From an uncultured Chloroflexota bacterium (GTDB taxonomy: Bacteria; Chloroflexota; Dehalococcoidia; GIF9; AB-539-J10), in assembly GCA_903884455.1 (NCBI GenBank), contig CAISEW010000041.1, forward strand, positions 98,086 to 162,085: a stretch of DNA of 64,000 bases, given 5' to 3'. Positions 50,092 through 61,248 of this stretch are shown in pieces (positions within the stretch are counted from its first letter, which is position 1; every line of letters begins with the position of its first letter). Both the position numbers and the translations under genes were made by a program. The notes below the pieces were generated by a model. It searched no databases. It was not told the DNA's origin and saw only the letters and a program-made list of their open reading frames with translations.

Positions 50092-50667
50092 CTAGTTGAA
50101 TTTGCTCATTGCTGCCTCTATCCCCTGGGTAAGAAAACAATCGATGGCTTCGGCCACCGTGGCAATTACAGACTTAATTATCGCTTCTTCCTGAGGAGAA
50201 AAATCGCTGAGCACATAATTGACTATGGCGTCCTCGCTAACGGATTGCTCCTCCGCCTGGGGCCGTCCAATCCCCACCCTGATTCGGGGGAAGTCCTCGC
50301 TGCCTAGGGCGGAAATAATAGAATTCATTCCCTTGTGTCCTCCTGAGCTTCCACTCTGGCGCAGGCGAATTTTGCCCAGAGGCAAATCGAGGTCATCGTA
50401 TATTACCAGGAGGTCGTTCAAAGGGATATTATGCTTACGCACCAGACCAGCTACAGATTGGCCGCTGAGATTCACAAATGTCCCTGGTTTAGCCAGCAGC
50501 AACTTCTCGCCTCTTACTTTGCCAATGCCTACCCTGGCCTGGCATTGTCTTCGGTCAAAGCGAATAGAATGAAGCCTGGCGAAGTCATTCAGACACTGGA
50601 AGCCAACATTATGGCGATTACGGGCATAAGTCTTGCCGGGGTTGCCCAGACCAACTATGAGTTTCAT
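50092..50667 (-). CDS. pth: peptidyl-tRNA hydrolase
   Basis: LIVGLGNPG, RHNVGF, DDLDLP, GGHKG, RIRVGIGRP. Confidence 0.96.
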   Translation of the reverse strand: MKLIVGLGNPGKTYARNRHNVGFQCLNDFARLHSIRFDRRQCQARVGIGKVRGEKLLLAKPGTFVNLSGQSVAGLVRKHNIPLNDLLVIYDDLDLPLGKIRLRQSGSSGGHKGMNSIISALGSEDFPRIRVGIGRPQAEEQSVSEDAIVNYVLSDFSPQEEAIIKSVIATVAEAIDCFLTQGIEAAMSKFN

Positions 50668-51031
50668 TAGCTTAGAGTTTATGGGAATTCAGTCTCCGGA
50701 TATTATGGCTGATTCCATCGACGCTAAGCAAATGCTACTCACCCTAAGCAGCAAGCTTGATTGGCTAAATGGCCTTATATTCGCCAGTATTTAGTCTTAA
50801 CGATCTAGAATGTCCCATTTCACAAAAGTTGCATGGGCGACAGTGGCAGGGAAGCCGGGATGATTCGTTTTGTAAAAACGGCTATTTTTTCTGGAGTCCA
50901 ACAGCTCTTTTTCATACGTAAGGCGGCCACCCGCGGCGGATTCAGTTGTTAAAGTACGTAGGATTCGTTTCGTCAGCATTTCCCTTTTATATTTGTGGGC
51001 CGTATGGATTGGCGGAGTGACGCAGGGAGGC

Positions 51032-51092
51032 AAATGACGGATGAAGCTCAAATGCCAAAGCCCAAATGACAAACCAAGTCCAAATGACAAAA
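51032..51092. repeat. short degenerate tandem CAAATG(A/C)C(A) repeats
   Basis: CAAATGAC, CAAATGCCAAA, CAAATGACAAA, CAAATGACAAA. Confidence 0.6.
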
Positions 51093-51387
51093 TCCATTCT
51101 GGCCACAGCGCTTCCTTTTAGTCTGTGTTGGGTTTGCAGTCAGATTCAGGGAAGCCTCACCTGCGGGATTTGGTTTGTTAGGGTAGCGCACGGGGTTCTG
51201 AACACAAATTAACATGAATTCTTTATTCGAACAAGGGGAAAATGTCGCTTCTTCCCCGAATGGTTGACCGAGGCCGCGAGAATGATGCTGAGGAATAGAC
51301 ACCCATCTCAATAGCGTGCGAGTATTATCCGATTTAGAATATCCTATTTTAGAAAGTGAATGTAGCTAACTACAGACTGTAAGTATT

Positions 51388-51969
51388 TTAGACTACAATT
51401 TTGGATTCCTTAGCAAATTCTAGCCAGACATCGGGTAGCCTTTGGACCGAAAATTGGTATAGCTTGAGAAATCTATCTATCTCATCTTCAATGTAATCCT
51501 GAATTGCCGGGTAGTCTTTCTTCTCATACCATTCTCTAATTTTAGAACCCGAATATCTTTTCCCAGCGAATTTCTCTAGTTTAGCTCCTTCGAAGCGGCC
51601 ATGGTTAAAAATTATCACAACTGGCTCTATATCTATGTATGCGCGTTGCGCAAATAGACTTAATAGACTTTTTCCATTTACCTTGATATCCATCTTTCTC
51701 CAACGATAGATTAGACTGGTAAAATCAAAGCTCAGGTTGTATCCAATTGGCACAAAGTCCCATTTATTCTCCACATTAAATATTGGATAGAATCTTTGCA
51801 AAATTTCCTTTTCCGAAGATTCCCAAGATTTCAGTATATTTAACTTGCCTTTTACATCTCCTGTCCTACTGTCAATTTGCTGGTAAGTTATTGCTATTAT
51901 TTCATCATTATTGAAATCTGGATCTTTTGTTTTTGAGTATGTTTCAATATCGAAGTAGTAATCTGACAT
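51388..51969 (-). CDS. DEDD/RNase H-like 3'-5' exonuclease
   Basis: ExoI YFDIETY, ExoII GYNLSFDF, ExoIII-like YIEDE; GGAGGAAGG RBS. Confidence 0.75.
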   Translation of the reverse strand: MSDYYFDIETYSKTKDPDFNNDEIIAITYQQIDSRTGDVKGKLNILKSWESSEKEILQRFYPIFNVENKWDFVPIGYNLSFDFTSLIYRWRKMDIKVNGKSLLSLFAQRAYIDIEPVVIIFNHGRFEGAKLEKFAGKRYSGSKIREWYEKKDYPAIQDYIEDEIDRFLKLYQFSVQRLPDVWLEFAKESKIVV

Positions 51970-52010
51970 TTCCTTCCTCCATTCAACTCTACATCGTTCC
52001 AGCGACGAGT

Positions 52011-53606
52011 CTACTTTTTATGCGATTTCTTTTTGGAAACCAAATACGAAGATATAGATTTGTCGACAATGTCACCACTTGATGCGGTAGCAGTGATCCA
52101 ATGTGTCATTTCATCCGAAGGTAGAGCAAGTGAAGAATATAATACCGCACGCCTGTCCCAAGGTCCGAGGACATCTATACTGTCACGAAAGCCTCTGACC
52201 CACGTGGTATCTTGGCGTTTTAATGCAAGAAGAGCTTTTCCCCTGATAGACAGGATATTCTCGTAGTTTAGTGGAAGACTAGCTATGCTAAGGCGTTGGT
52301 TTCGCAATAAGTATGATATCCACAGATTAACGAATGGCATTTTCATATAGTAACTTGAAAGAATAGTATTAAATTTTTTCTTGTGAAGAGACACAATCTC
52401 GTCATCGATAACAGCATTTAAATATATCACCACTTCTCTTATGGCAGGGAGTAATCTCTCAAAATTACCTAACACTAGCGGAACTAATTTCCTTATTCTA
52501 TATTTTTTAGCTTTCCTGAGTATATGCCGAATAAGTATGAAGTCGATGGGATCTGAGATAGACTTCTCAAAAAGCTCGTTGTAGGTATCTGACAAAAGCT
52601 GGATTTTTTCATCATTCACTACCTCTGCCAGAACCTTTTCGTATTCCTCATCATAATCAAAAATATCGTAAGGAGTAGCGTAATGAAGCAGCTCATCGAT
52701 TCTTGCGCTGGCTATTTCATCAGCTCTGGCCATCATAGCTGCAGTCTCTTCTTGTTCTTCGTTTCTGAGGAATTCTTTGCGAAATATCTTCATAGGATGA
52801 ACATTAGTTTTTTCTCCTGAAAATACTAGCCTGTGGTATGAATAGAGATGTTGTGTAAGTTCATGAAGTACGAATACAGCATCTTCGCGATTTGCAAAGA
52901 ATATCCTAATATCGTCTACATACCTAACGAAGTCATTGGTGTAAGTCAAGATTTTGTTATCTATATCGGCCATTATCAATTCAGCGAGGATAATACTTGG
53001 GGCCGGACCCACAGGAATACCTCTCGATGTTTCCTTGTTGAGTCCAAAAAGAAAATCCTCCATTATTTTGGCCTGTTTGTCCAAAGTTCCCTTGCCAGCT
53101 TCTTCAATCAAATTTCCAATACGATGAGTATATATTTGATTATAAAAATCTGTTATATCAGCAACAATTACATAGCCAGATTTGTATTTCTTTGCAAGCT
53201 CATCAGATCTTGACATAAAAACATCCCAACCTGTTTCACTAGCGAAAAATGATCCTCCTACATCAGGCTTGATTCTATACGAACATGCAATTTTTTTGGG
53301 CTCGGGTATTCTATAGCTCTCTATAGGTTCGCATAATTCTCGAACAAGGGCTGTATAGATTATGGAATCAATTGGGTCCAATTGATGTGCTACGCGAAAA
53401 ATGCCATTCGATTTTGGAGCAAGGTTTATTATGGGCGATTTTGGGTGATAGTTATCAAGATCGATTGACATTATGAATTCTTTAACCTTCTGCCAGTTGT
53501 GGGAAATGGCAGCAAACTCGAAGATTCTGGGGTAAAAATCACTGTGAGAGTATTTCTTAAGATGTTTTAGTGCCCATTCAAGATAGTTTTCTTTCAATTT
53601 CACCAT
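52011..53606 (-). CDS. reverse transcriptase, UG/Abi (DRT-like) type with alpha-helical C-terminal domain
   Basis: PK...FR, ADITDFYNQIYTH, GIPVGP..S..LAE, RYVDD, EKT; no intron maturase/HNH domain and no retron VTG motif. Confidence 0.9.
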   Translation of the reverse strand: MVKLKENYLEWALKHLKKYSHSDFYPRIFEFAAISHNWQKVKEFIMSIDLDNYHPKSPIINLAPKSNGIFRVAHQLDPIDSIIYTALVRELCEPIESYRIPEPKKIACSYRIKPDVGGSFFASETGWDVFMSRSDELAKKYKSGYVIVADITDFYNQIYTHRIGNLIEEAGKGTLDKQAKIMEDFLFGLNKETSRGIPVGPAPSIILAELIMADIDNKILTYTNDFVRYVDDIRIFFANREDAVFVLHELTQHLYSYHRLVFSGEKTNVHPMKIFRKEFLRNEEQEETAAMMARADEIASARIDELLHYATPYDIFDYDEEYEKVLAEVVNDEKIQLLSDTYNELFEKSISDPIDFILIRHILRKAKKYRIRKLVPLVLGNFERLLPAIREVVIYLNAVIDDEIVSLHKKKFNTILSSYYMKMPFVNLWISYLLRNQRLSIASLPLNYENILSIRGKALLALKRQDTTWVRGFRDSIDVLGPWDRRAVLYSSLALPSDEMTHWITATASSGDIVDKSISSYLVSKKKSHKK

Positions 53607-53926
53607 GATAATTCCTTATATCCTAATAGAGAAATCAACAATGTATTATAAGAAATATTACTACAAATATTGCTTTAACGCAATTGAGCCAAGAAGCTGC
53701 CTAAACCATCCTTCATCAAGTTGAATCACCAATCTCTTTCTTAAGTTAATGAGCAACGTGACGTTTTGTTATGCTCGTGGCGAACGCTGAATCCCTTCTC
53801 AAAAGTTGCTCAATCCTCCGAATATCGCACTTTGGGGACTTCCGTCTTGGACTTAACGAACTCAAAGCGAAGCTAGAGCGTTACAGCCCAATAAGATTAG
53901 TAAATGCAATTCCGATGGACTTAGAG

Positions 53927-55978
<2,052 letters not shown>

Positions 55979-56080
55979 TCAATTATAATATACCATAGCT
56001 AAAACGGGTGTGCAGAGATGTTGCTTATCAAACGCCGATATGAAAAGCAAACTATGGAGGCTACCAGGGAAAGTTTTTGC

Positions 56081-56797
56081 TCACTGGTTTCTCCCGAACG
56101 GGCAGATATAAACGCATATACCGCAAGCCTTGTCCAGAGTCTCTCGTTTACTTAGATAGTTGTCACATGCTTCAGCAGCGAATATCTCGCTCCTTGGTCT
56201 GAGCTTATCGAAAGCCTGTCCGGTAAAGGCATGTGCGGGACAATCCTTCACACATGTACAGCAGTCGTGACACATCTCATCCATAGGCATTCCCGCTTCT
56301 AAAGGAGCATCTGTGAGCACCGTGCCCCACCTCACGCGGGGACCGTGCTCCGGTATAATGAGCAAGGCACTCTTGCCAATCCATCCCAGCCCAGCCAAAT
56401 GAGCTGCTAATTTGTGGGAGAACACACCAGTAAGACTGGTTCTATCCACTGTTTGAGACGACGGGACAACAAAAGCTTGAAAACCGGCTTTATCCAGGGA
56501 TTGGGCTAACATCATAGAAATCGAGTCTATGCGAGGATTTATAATTTGATACACGTAATACCAATAAGTATTTAAGGCAGCAATATTTTTATGATGGACC
56601 AGCGCATTTACAATGCCATCCGTAAGAACAAAGCCATGAGAAACAGCTCGTGGAAACTGAGTTAGAAATTCTCCGCCCTGCTCGGAAATACGCTGTCTGG
56701 CAGGAGTAAGGTCAGCTATTCCGAAGTAAGTGGTCCCCATGTCCTTAGCCAAAGATTCTAGCTTGCCTCTAAGATTTACTTTACCCCTATCTTTCAT
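56081..56797 (-). CDS. QueG-like (epoxyqueuosine reductase superfamily) 2x[4Fe-4S] protein
   Basis: SHKLAAHLAGLGWIGK, GPRVR..TVLTDAP, CxxCxxCxxxCP, CGICVYICP. Confidence 0.75.
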   Translation of the reverse strand: MKDRGKVNLRGKLESLAKDMGTTYFGIADLTPARQRISEQGGEFLTQFPRAVSHGFVLTDGIVNALVHHKNIAALNTYWYYVYQIINPRIDSISMMLAQSLDKAGFQAFVVPSSQTVDRTSLTGVFSHKLAAHLAGLGWIGKSALLIIPEHGPRVRWGTVLTDAPLEAGMPMDEMCHDCCTCVKDCPAHAFTGQAFDKLRPRSEIFAAEACDNYLSKRETLDKACGICVYICPFGRNQ

Positions 56798-56987
56798 AGC
56801 TAATTCCTGTGTGTAAGTATAACACAGTAAAGCTTCCCGACCTCAATTTTATTATCAACTGTTATCAAAATTACTAACGTTGAGGATGGGGTTGTTAAAT
56901 TACCTCCTAACTCTACGATATTTGCTATAATCAAGGCGGATTTACAGAAATGAGATAGAGTACAGACCAGAAAGAGGAGGATAAAAC

Positions 56988-57575
56988 ATGGCTATGAAAC
57001 CAGTTGTAATCAGGTTCTTTGCCCCGGTGATTGATGCCACTGTCAATGCTCTGATGAGTGCCGTTGACCAGAAAATGAAGCAAGGGATAAAAGATTTCAT
57101 CATCCTTATCTCTTCGCCGGGCGGCTCTGTTGATCACGGTTTAAGCGCATATAACTATTTGAAGGGGTTGCCTGCGTCCATAACTACGCACAATTTCGGC
57201 AGCGTGGACTCAATAGGCATCGTCCTGTACTGTGCCGGTTCGAAGAGGCTGTCAGTACCCCAGGCGAGATTCCTATTTCACGGCGTCAGCGCGCAGTTTA
57301 GAGGGGAACAGAATTTAGATGAGAAACTGCTGGAGGAAAGGTTAAAGGGGTTGAGGATTGATATGGAGAACATTGCCAAGGTAATCGCAGCCAATACGGG
57401 TAAAAGTGCCAAAGATGTTACTGATGCCATGCTCGAGAGGATAACTTTGAATCCAGAGGAAGCGCAGTCCTGGGGCCTGGTGCACGAAATCAAGTCAGAG
57501 CTATTTGAAGCCGGAAGCGAGGTAATTGCCATACAGGCTCAACAACAACCACTACCACAACTGCCGAAGCTGTAG
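56988..57575 (+). CDS. ClpP-like serine protease subunit
   Basis: ISSPGGSV, DSIG (Ser), FLFH (His), EEA..GLV.EI. Confidence 0.78.
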   Translation: MAMKPVVIRFFAPVIDATVNALMSAVDQKMKQGIKDFIILISSPGGSVDHGLSAYNYLKGLPASITTHNFGSVDSIGIVLYCAGSKRLSVPQARFLFHGVSAQFRGEQNLDEKLLEERLKGLRIDMENIAKVIAANTGKSAKDVTDAMLERITLNPEEAQSWGLVHEIKSELFEAGSEVIAIQAQQQPLPQLPKL

Positions 57576-57596
57576 CAGGGTTTTCCGGAGGCTGAG

Positions 57597-59096
57597 ATGA
57601 ATATTAGACAGACCTTGGAAGATACTGCCAGCGAAATCCCACACAAAGAAGCCATTGTTCTTGGTGCTCAGAGGATTACTTATGGGGAACTGGATGAAGC
57701 TTCTAACAGAGTAGCCAATGCCCTCCTGGAGCTGGGGATGGAAAAGGGTACTCATGTGGCTATCTTGATGTCCCATAGCCCTGAGTGGGTCATCAATTAT
57801 TTTGGGGTCATTAAAGGTGGAGGTGTAGCTGTGCTACTCAACACTGCGCTTAAAGCGCCTGAACTTGATTCTTTGTTGCTAGACTCCGACTCGGAAATCC
57901 TGATAACCGAGAAGGAATTTTCTCAAATGATTTCCTCAGTTTTGCCTCACATTCCTTTACTAAAGCACGTAATTGAAGTTGATGCAGATTCTTACACCAG
58001 GATGGTAGCTAACAGCTCTTCCATATCACCGGCTATCGATATAAAAGACGAGGACGAAGCTACTATAATTTACACCTCTGGCGTCCTGGGGAGGCAAAGA
58101 GGGGTGGTACATACACATGCTTCCCTTATGGGAACTCCCCCCATAGTTTCCGCAGCTATACAGCGGAGGAAAAAAGATACCATCATAGACCCTGCTCGTT
58201 TCTCCCATCTTTTTGGCTTATGTGAGGTTCTTCTTGGTTCGTTTATCAAAGGCTCTACCATCGTGCTGATCCCTAATTTCACTCCCAGAGCTGTTCTAGA
58301 GGCCGTGGAAAAAGAGAAAGGAAGTATTATCTTCGGCGTTCCTGCCATGTACAATGCCCTGGCGATGATGCGAGACGAAGTTTTGAGAGAATATAACCTA
58401 AATTCGCTGCGAATAGCAGTTACCGCTGGGGCCAAGTCCTTTCCCAAGCTAATGGAAAATTTGGAGGACAAGTTCGGGTTATCCCTTTATGAGGTATACG
58501 GTCTTACGGAAGTTTCAGCCGTTTCCATAAGCACCTTTAACAGTCGTAAACTGGGGACTGTGGGCAAGCCAATTTGCCGCCTTAAGATACTGGATGACAG
58601 CAGCAAGAAAGTTCCCAGGGGCGAGATAGGGGAAGCTGTGTTCAATGCCCCTTGGGCGATGAAAGGATACTATAAAGCACCTAAACTCACAGCTCAAGTC
58701 CTTAAGGATGGCTGGTTTTATACCGGAGATTTAGTCAGGATGGATGAAGAGGGGTACCTGGAATACATAGAGAAAAAATCGTTCATAATAGTCACGTCTT
58801 CTGGACTTAAGGTTGGTCCGTCAGAAGTTGAATTCGTGCTGCTGAGCCACCCTAGCGTAGCTGAGGCAGTCTATGTAGGTATTGACGATGGCTATGGAGG
58901 ACAGATACCCACGGCCTTTGTGGTACTCAAAGAAGGGCAAAGCGCTACTTCAGAGGAACTAGCCAATCTTTGTTACCACAACCTGGCTGATTTTAAGCTT
59001 CCTAAGAGAATTGAATTTATAGACAGCATACCTAAAACTGCCTCGGGGAAGATAGATAGAAAGAAGCTCAAAGAAAGAGAGCTGACCCAGAACTAG
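57597..59096 (+). CDS. AMP-binding (acyl-CoA synthetase-like) enzyme
   Basis: YTSG, YGLTE, GYY, TGD, PKTASGKIDR. Confidence 0.85.
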   Translation: MNIRQTLEDTASEIPHKEAIVLGAQRITYGELDEASNRVANALLELGMEKGTHVAILMSHSPEWVINYFGVIKGGGVAVLLNTALKAPELDSLLLDSDSEILITEKEFSQMISSVLPHIPLLKHVIEVDADSYTRMVANSSSISPAIDIKDEDEATIIYTSGVLGRQRGVVHTHASLMGTPPIVSAAIQRRKKDTIIDPARFSHLFGLCEVLLGSFIKGSTIVLIPNFTPRAVLEAVEKEKGSIIFGVPAMYNALAMMRDEVLREYNLNSLRIAVTAGAKSFPKLMENLEDKFGLSLYEVYGLTEVSAVSISTFNSRKLGTVGKPICRLKILDDSSKKVPRGEIGEAVFNAPWAMKGYYKAPKLTAQVLKDGWFYTGDLVRMDEEGYLEYIEKKSFIIVTSSGLKVGPSEVEFVLLSHPSVAEAVYVGIDDGYGGQIPTAFVVLKEGQSATSEELANLCYHNLADFKLPKRIEFIDSIPKTASGKIDRKKLKERELTQN

Positions 59097-59147
59097 CTGA
59101 AAGAAGTCCACGCAAAGTATCCGAAGTTGTTCAATAACATCCGCTAA

Positions 59148-59174
59148 TGTCATTCTGAGCGTAGCGAAGAATCT
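59148..59174. repeat. family B palindromic element (half)
   Basis: TGTCATTCTGAGCGTAGCGAAGAATCT. Confidence 0.75.
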
Positions 59175-59231
59175 AATCCCACTTATCTTAATGTTGACGT
59201 GGTTAACACTTATTGGTAACATCATGAATTG

Positions 59232-59501
59232 AGCCGTGCTAGGCGGGGAACCAGCGGTGCCCTGTACCCGAAAACCGCTATAGCGGGGCTGAATTCCTGC
59301 TTGAGGTTTACGGCCGGCTAGATTTGTTTTTGCTGAGCGGTGTTGATAATCGGGTTCTATGCAACTGGAAACTATGAACCCCGTCAGGTCCGGAAGGAAG
59401 CAGCGGTAAGTAGCATTTCCAGTGTGATATAGAGGTGCCTGGTTGGAGCTAGTTGGTAGAGGCAGCTTCCCGGTTTGGAAATCGAGAGCAGGTGCACGGC
59501 T
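59232..59501 (+). ncRNA. ffs: signal recognition particle RNA, large (Alu-domain-containing) bacterial type
   Basis: Terminal helix AGCCGTGC/GCACGGCT; Alu-like GGGGAA..GCGGTGCCCTGTACCCG..AACCGC; helix 8 TCAGGTCCGGAAGGAAGCAGC. Confidence 0.93.
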
Positions 59502-59537
59502 TACAAAAGTTCAGAATAGATAGGAAAAAGTTCATAG

Positions 59538-60338
59538 ATGGATTTCTTAGGGCTTGAAGGTAAAACAGCAATCGTTACTGGAGGTGGCTCCAATATTGGG
59601 AGGGGCATAGTTCTGGCTTTTGCTGAGCAAGGAGTGAACGTGGCTATAGCTGAACTAGATGAAGCTCAAGGGGCTAAAGTAGCTAAGGAAGCCAATGCTC
59701 TGGGCAAGGGCAAAGTTGAGAATATAAGGACGGATGTAACCGACTGGAATTCGGTACAAGCGATGGTGAAGCGAACACTGGATAAGTTTGGTCAGGTAGA
59801 TATACTAGTCAACATTGTTGGTTGGGTCAGGGACGACCTTTTTGTAAAGAAACCCAGAGAGGATTGGGGAAAAGAGATAGCCCGCAATTTTTGGAGCGAT
59901 ATAAACTGCACTAGGGCCGTTTTAGACCACATGATTGAGAGGGAGTACGGAAAAATCATCAACATCAGTTCTGATGCTGCCCGAGTAGGACAATTAAGAG
60001 AAGCTGTTTACAGTGGCTGCAAGGGTGCTGTGATTTCTATGACCAAGTCTCTAGCCAGGGAGCTTGGCCGTTATGGGATAAACATCAATGTGATTTGTCC
60101 AGGTGTTGTTATTCCTGCTAGCAGGGATGTTACTACTTCGGAGAGCATGTGGACGGATGATATGATGAAAATATTTGGCACTCCTGAGGCGCTAGAGAAA
60201 ATAGCTAAGGGTATCCCTCTGGGACGGGTGGGGACACCAGATGATATAGCCAATGCTGTTCTCTTCTTGGCCTCGGACCGAGCTAACTTCATAACTGGAC
60301 AGACTATTAGCGTTGATGGTGGTTACACCATGGCGTAA
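59538..60338 (+). CDS. SDR family oxidoreductase (BadH/FabG-like)
   Basis: TGGGSNIG, YSGCK, N.ICPG, ITGQTISVDGG. Confidence 0.9.
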   Translation: MDFLGLEGKTAIVTGGGSNIGRGIVLAFAEQGVNVAIAELDEAQGAKVAKEANALGKGKVENIRTDVTDWNSVQAMVKRTLDKFGQVDILVNIVGWVRDDLFVKKPREDWGKEIARNFWSDINCTRAVLDHMIEREYGKIINISSDAARVGQLREAVYSGCKGAVISMTKSLARELGRYGININVICPGVVIPASRDVTTSESMWTDDMMKIFGTPEALEKIAKGIPLGRVGTPDDIANAVLFLASDRANFITGQTISVDGGYTMA

Positions 60339-60367
60339 GAGATTTTAAACAGCCTCAAATAATCAAG

Positions 60368-61243
60368 GTGGTGATGAACATGGCAATAAAAAAGGTATGT
60401 GTTATTGGTTCGGGGACTATGGGCAGCGGCATAGCTCAAGTATCGGCACAGGCCGGCTATGAGACAACCATGGTCGACGTAAAACAAGAGTTTCTGGACC
60501 GTGGTATGAACATTATAAAAGCCAGCCTGGGTAAATTTGTGCAAAAAGAAAAAATTAAGCAAGAGGAGATGAATAAAGCTCTGGCCAGACTTCATACCTC
60601 GATTGACATGAAAAATGCCGCTAAAAATGCTGACTATGTTATAGAGGCGGTATTTGAGAGGGCAGAGGTCAAGCTGCCGATATTTGGACAGCTTGAAGAA
60701 ATCTGCCCCAAAGAAACAATTCTGGCTTCTAACACATCCGGAATACCAGTAAGTCTACTGGCATCCGCGACCAGGCGTCCCGATAAGGTTATCGGCACAC
60801 ACTTTATGAACCCCGTACCGCTAATGAAGGGAGTAGAGATAGTAAAAACCTTGCTTACATCAGAGGAAACTCTGAAAGTAAGCCTCGATTTTGTCCAATC
60901 TCTGGGTAAGGAAACAGTCGTAGTTAAGGATTCCCCGGGATTTGTCACCAACAGAATAATAACCTTGGTTATGAACGAAGCCGCCAAGCTATTGGAAGAG
61001 AATTTAGCCAGCATAGAAGACATCGATAAAATAGAGAAGTTATCACACAACTGGCCTATGGGCCCATTTGAGCTGGCCGACCTGGTTGGCATAGACGTTA
61101 TAGTTGACCTCCTGGAAGGGATTTACCAGCAGACTGGATGGGAACGATATAAGCCAGCTCCGTTATTGAAGAGGATGGTCGAGATTGGGTACACGGGAAG
61201 GAAAGTGGGCAAGGGCTTCTATCAATTGTTTGGACAGGGCTGA
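60368..61243 (+). CDS. hbd: 3-hydroxybutyryl-CoA / 3-hydroxyacyl-CoA dehydrogenase
   Basis: GSGTMGSG, EAVFE, SNTS, HFMNP, PGFVTNR, PMGPF.LAD. Confidence 0.88.
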   Translation: MVMNMAIKKVCVIGSGTMGSGIAQVSAQAGYETTMVDVKQEFLDRGMNIIKASLGKFVQKEKIKQEEMNKALARLHTSIDMKNAAKNADYVIEAVFERAEVKLPIFGQLEEICPKETILASNTSGIPVSLLASATRRPDKVIGTHFMNPVPLMKGVEIVKTLLTSEETLKVSLDFVQSLGKETVVVKDSPGFVTNRIITLVMNEAAKLLEENLASIEDIDKIEKLSHNWPMGPFELADLVGIDVIVDLLEGIYQQTGWERYKPAPLLKRMVEIGYTGRKVGKGFYQLFGQG

Positions 61244-61248
61244 CACTT

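Noticed and set aside
51032..51092. CRISPR-like array
   Set aside because: Units are 8-11 bp with irregular short spacing; no 25-45-bp repeat-spacer structure.
50797..51311. ORFs 50797-51090 and 51048-51311 as proteins
   Set aside because: No RBS or recognisable domain, and partly translated simple repeats; treated as non-coding or relic DNA.
52011..53606. RT as group II intron, retron, DGR or CRISPR-associated RT
   Set aside because: No YADD/maturase/HNH domain or intron domain V seen, no retron NAxxH/VTG motifs, no TR/VR pair or Avd, and no cas genes or array in the window.
56081..56797. Reductive dehalogenase (RdhA)
   Set aside because: Only 238 aa, no Tat signal and no rdhB anchor gene; fits a QueG-like protein.
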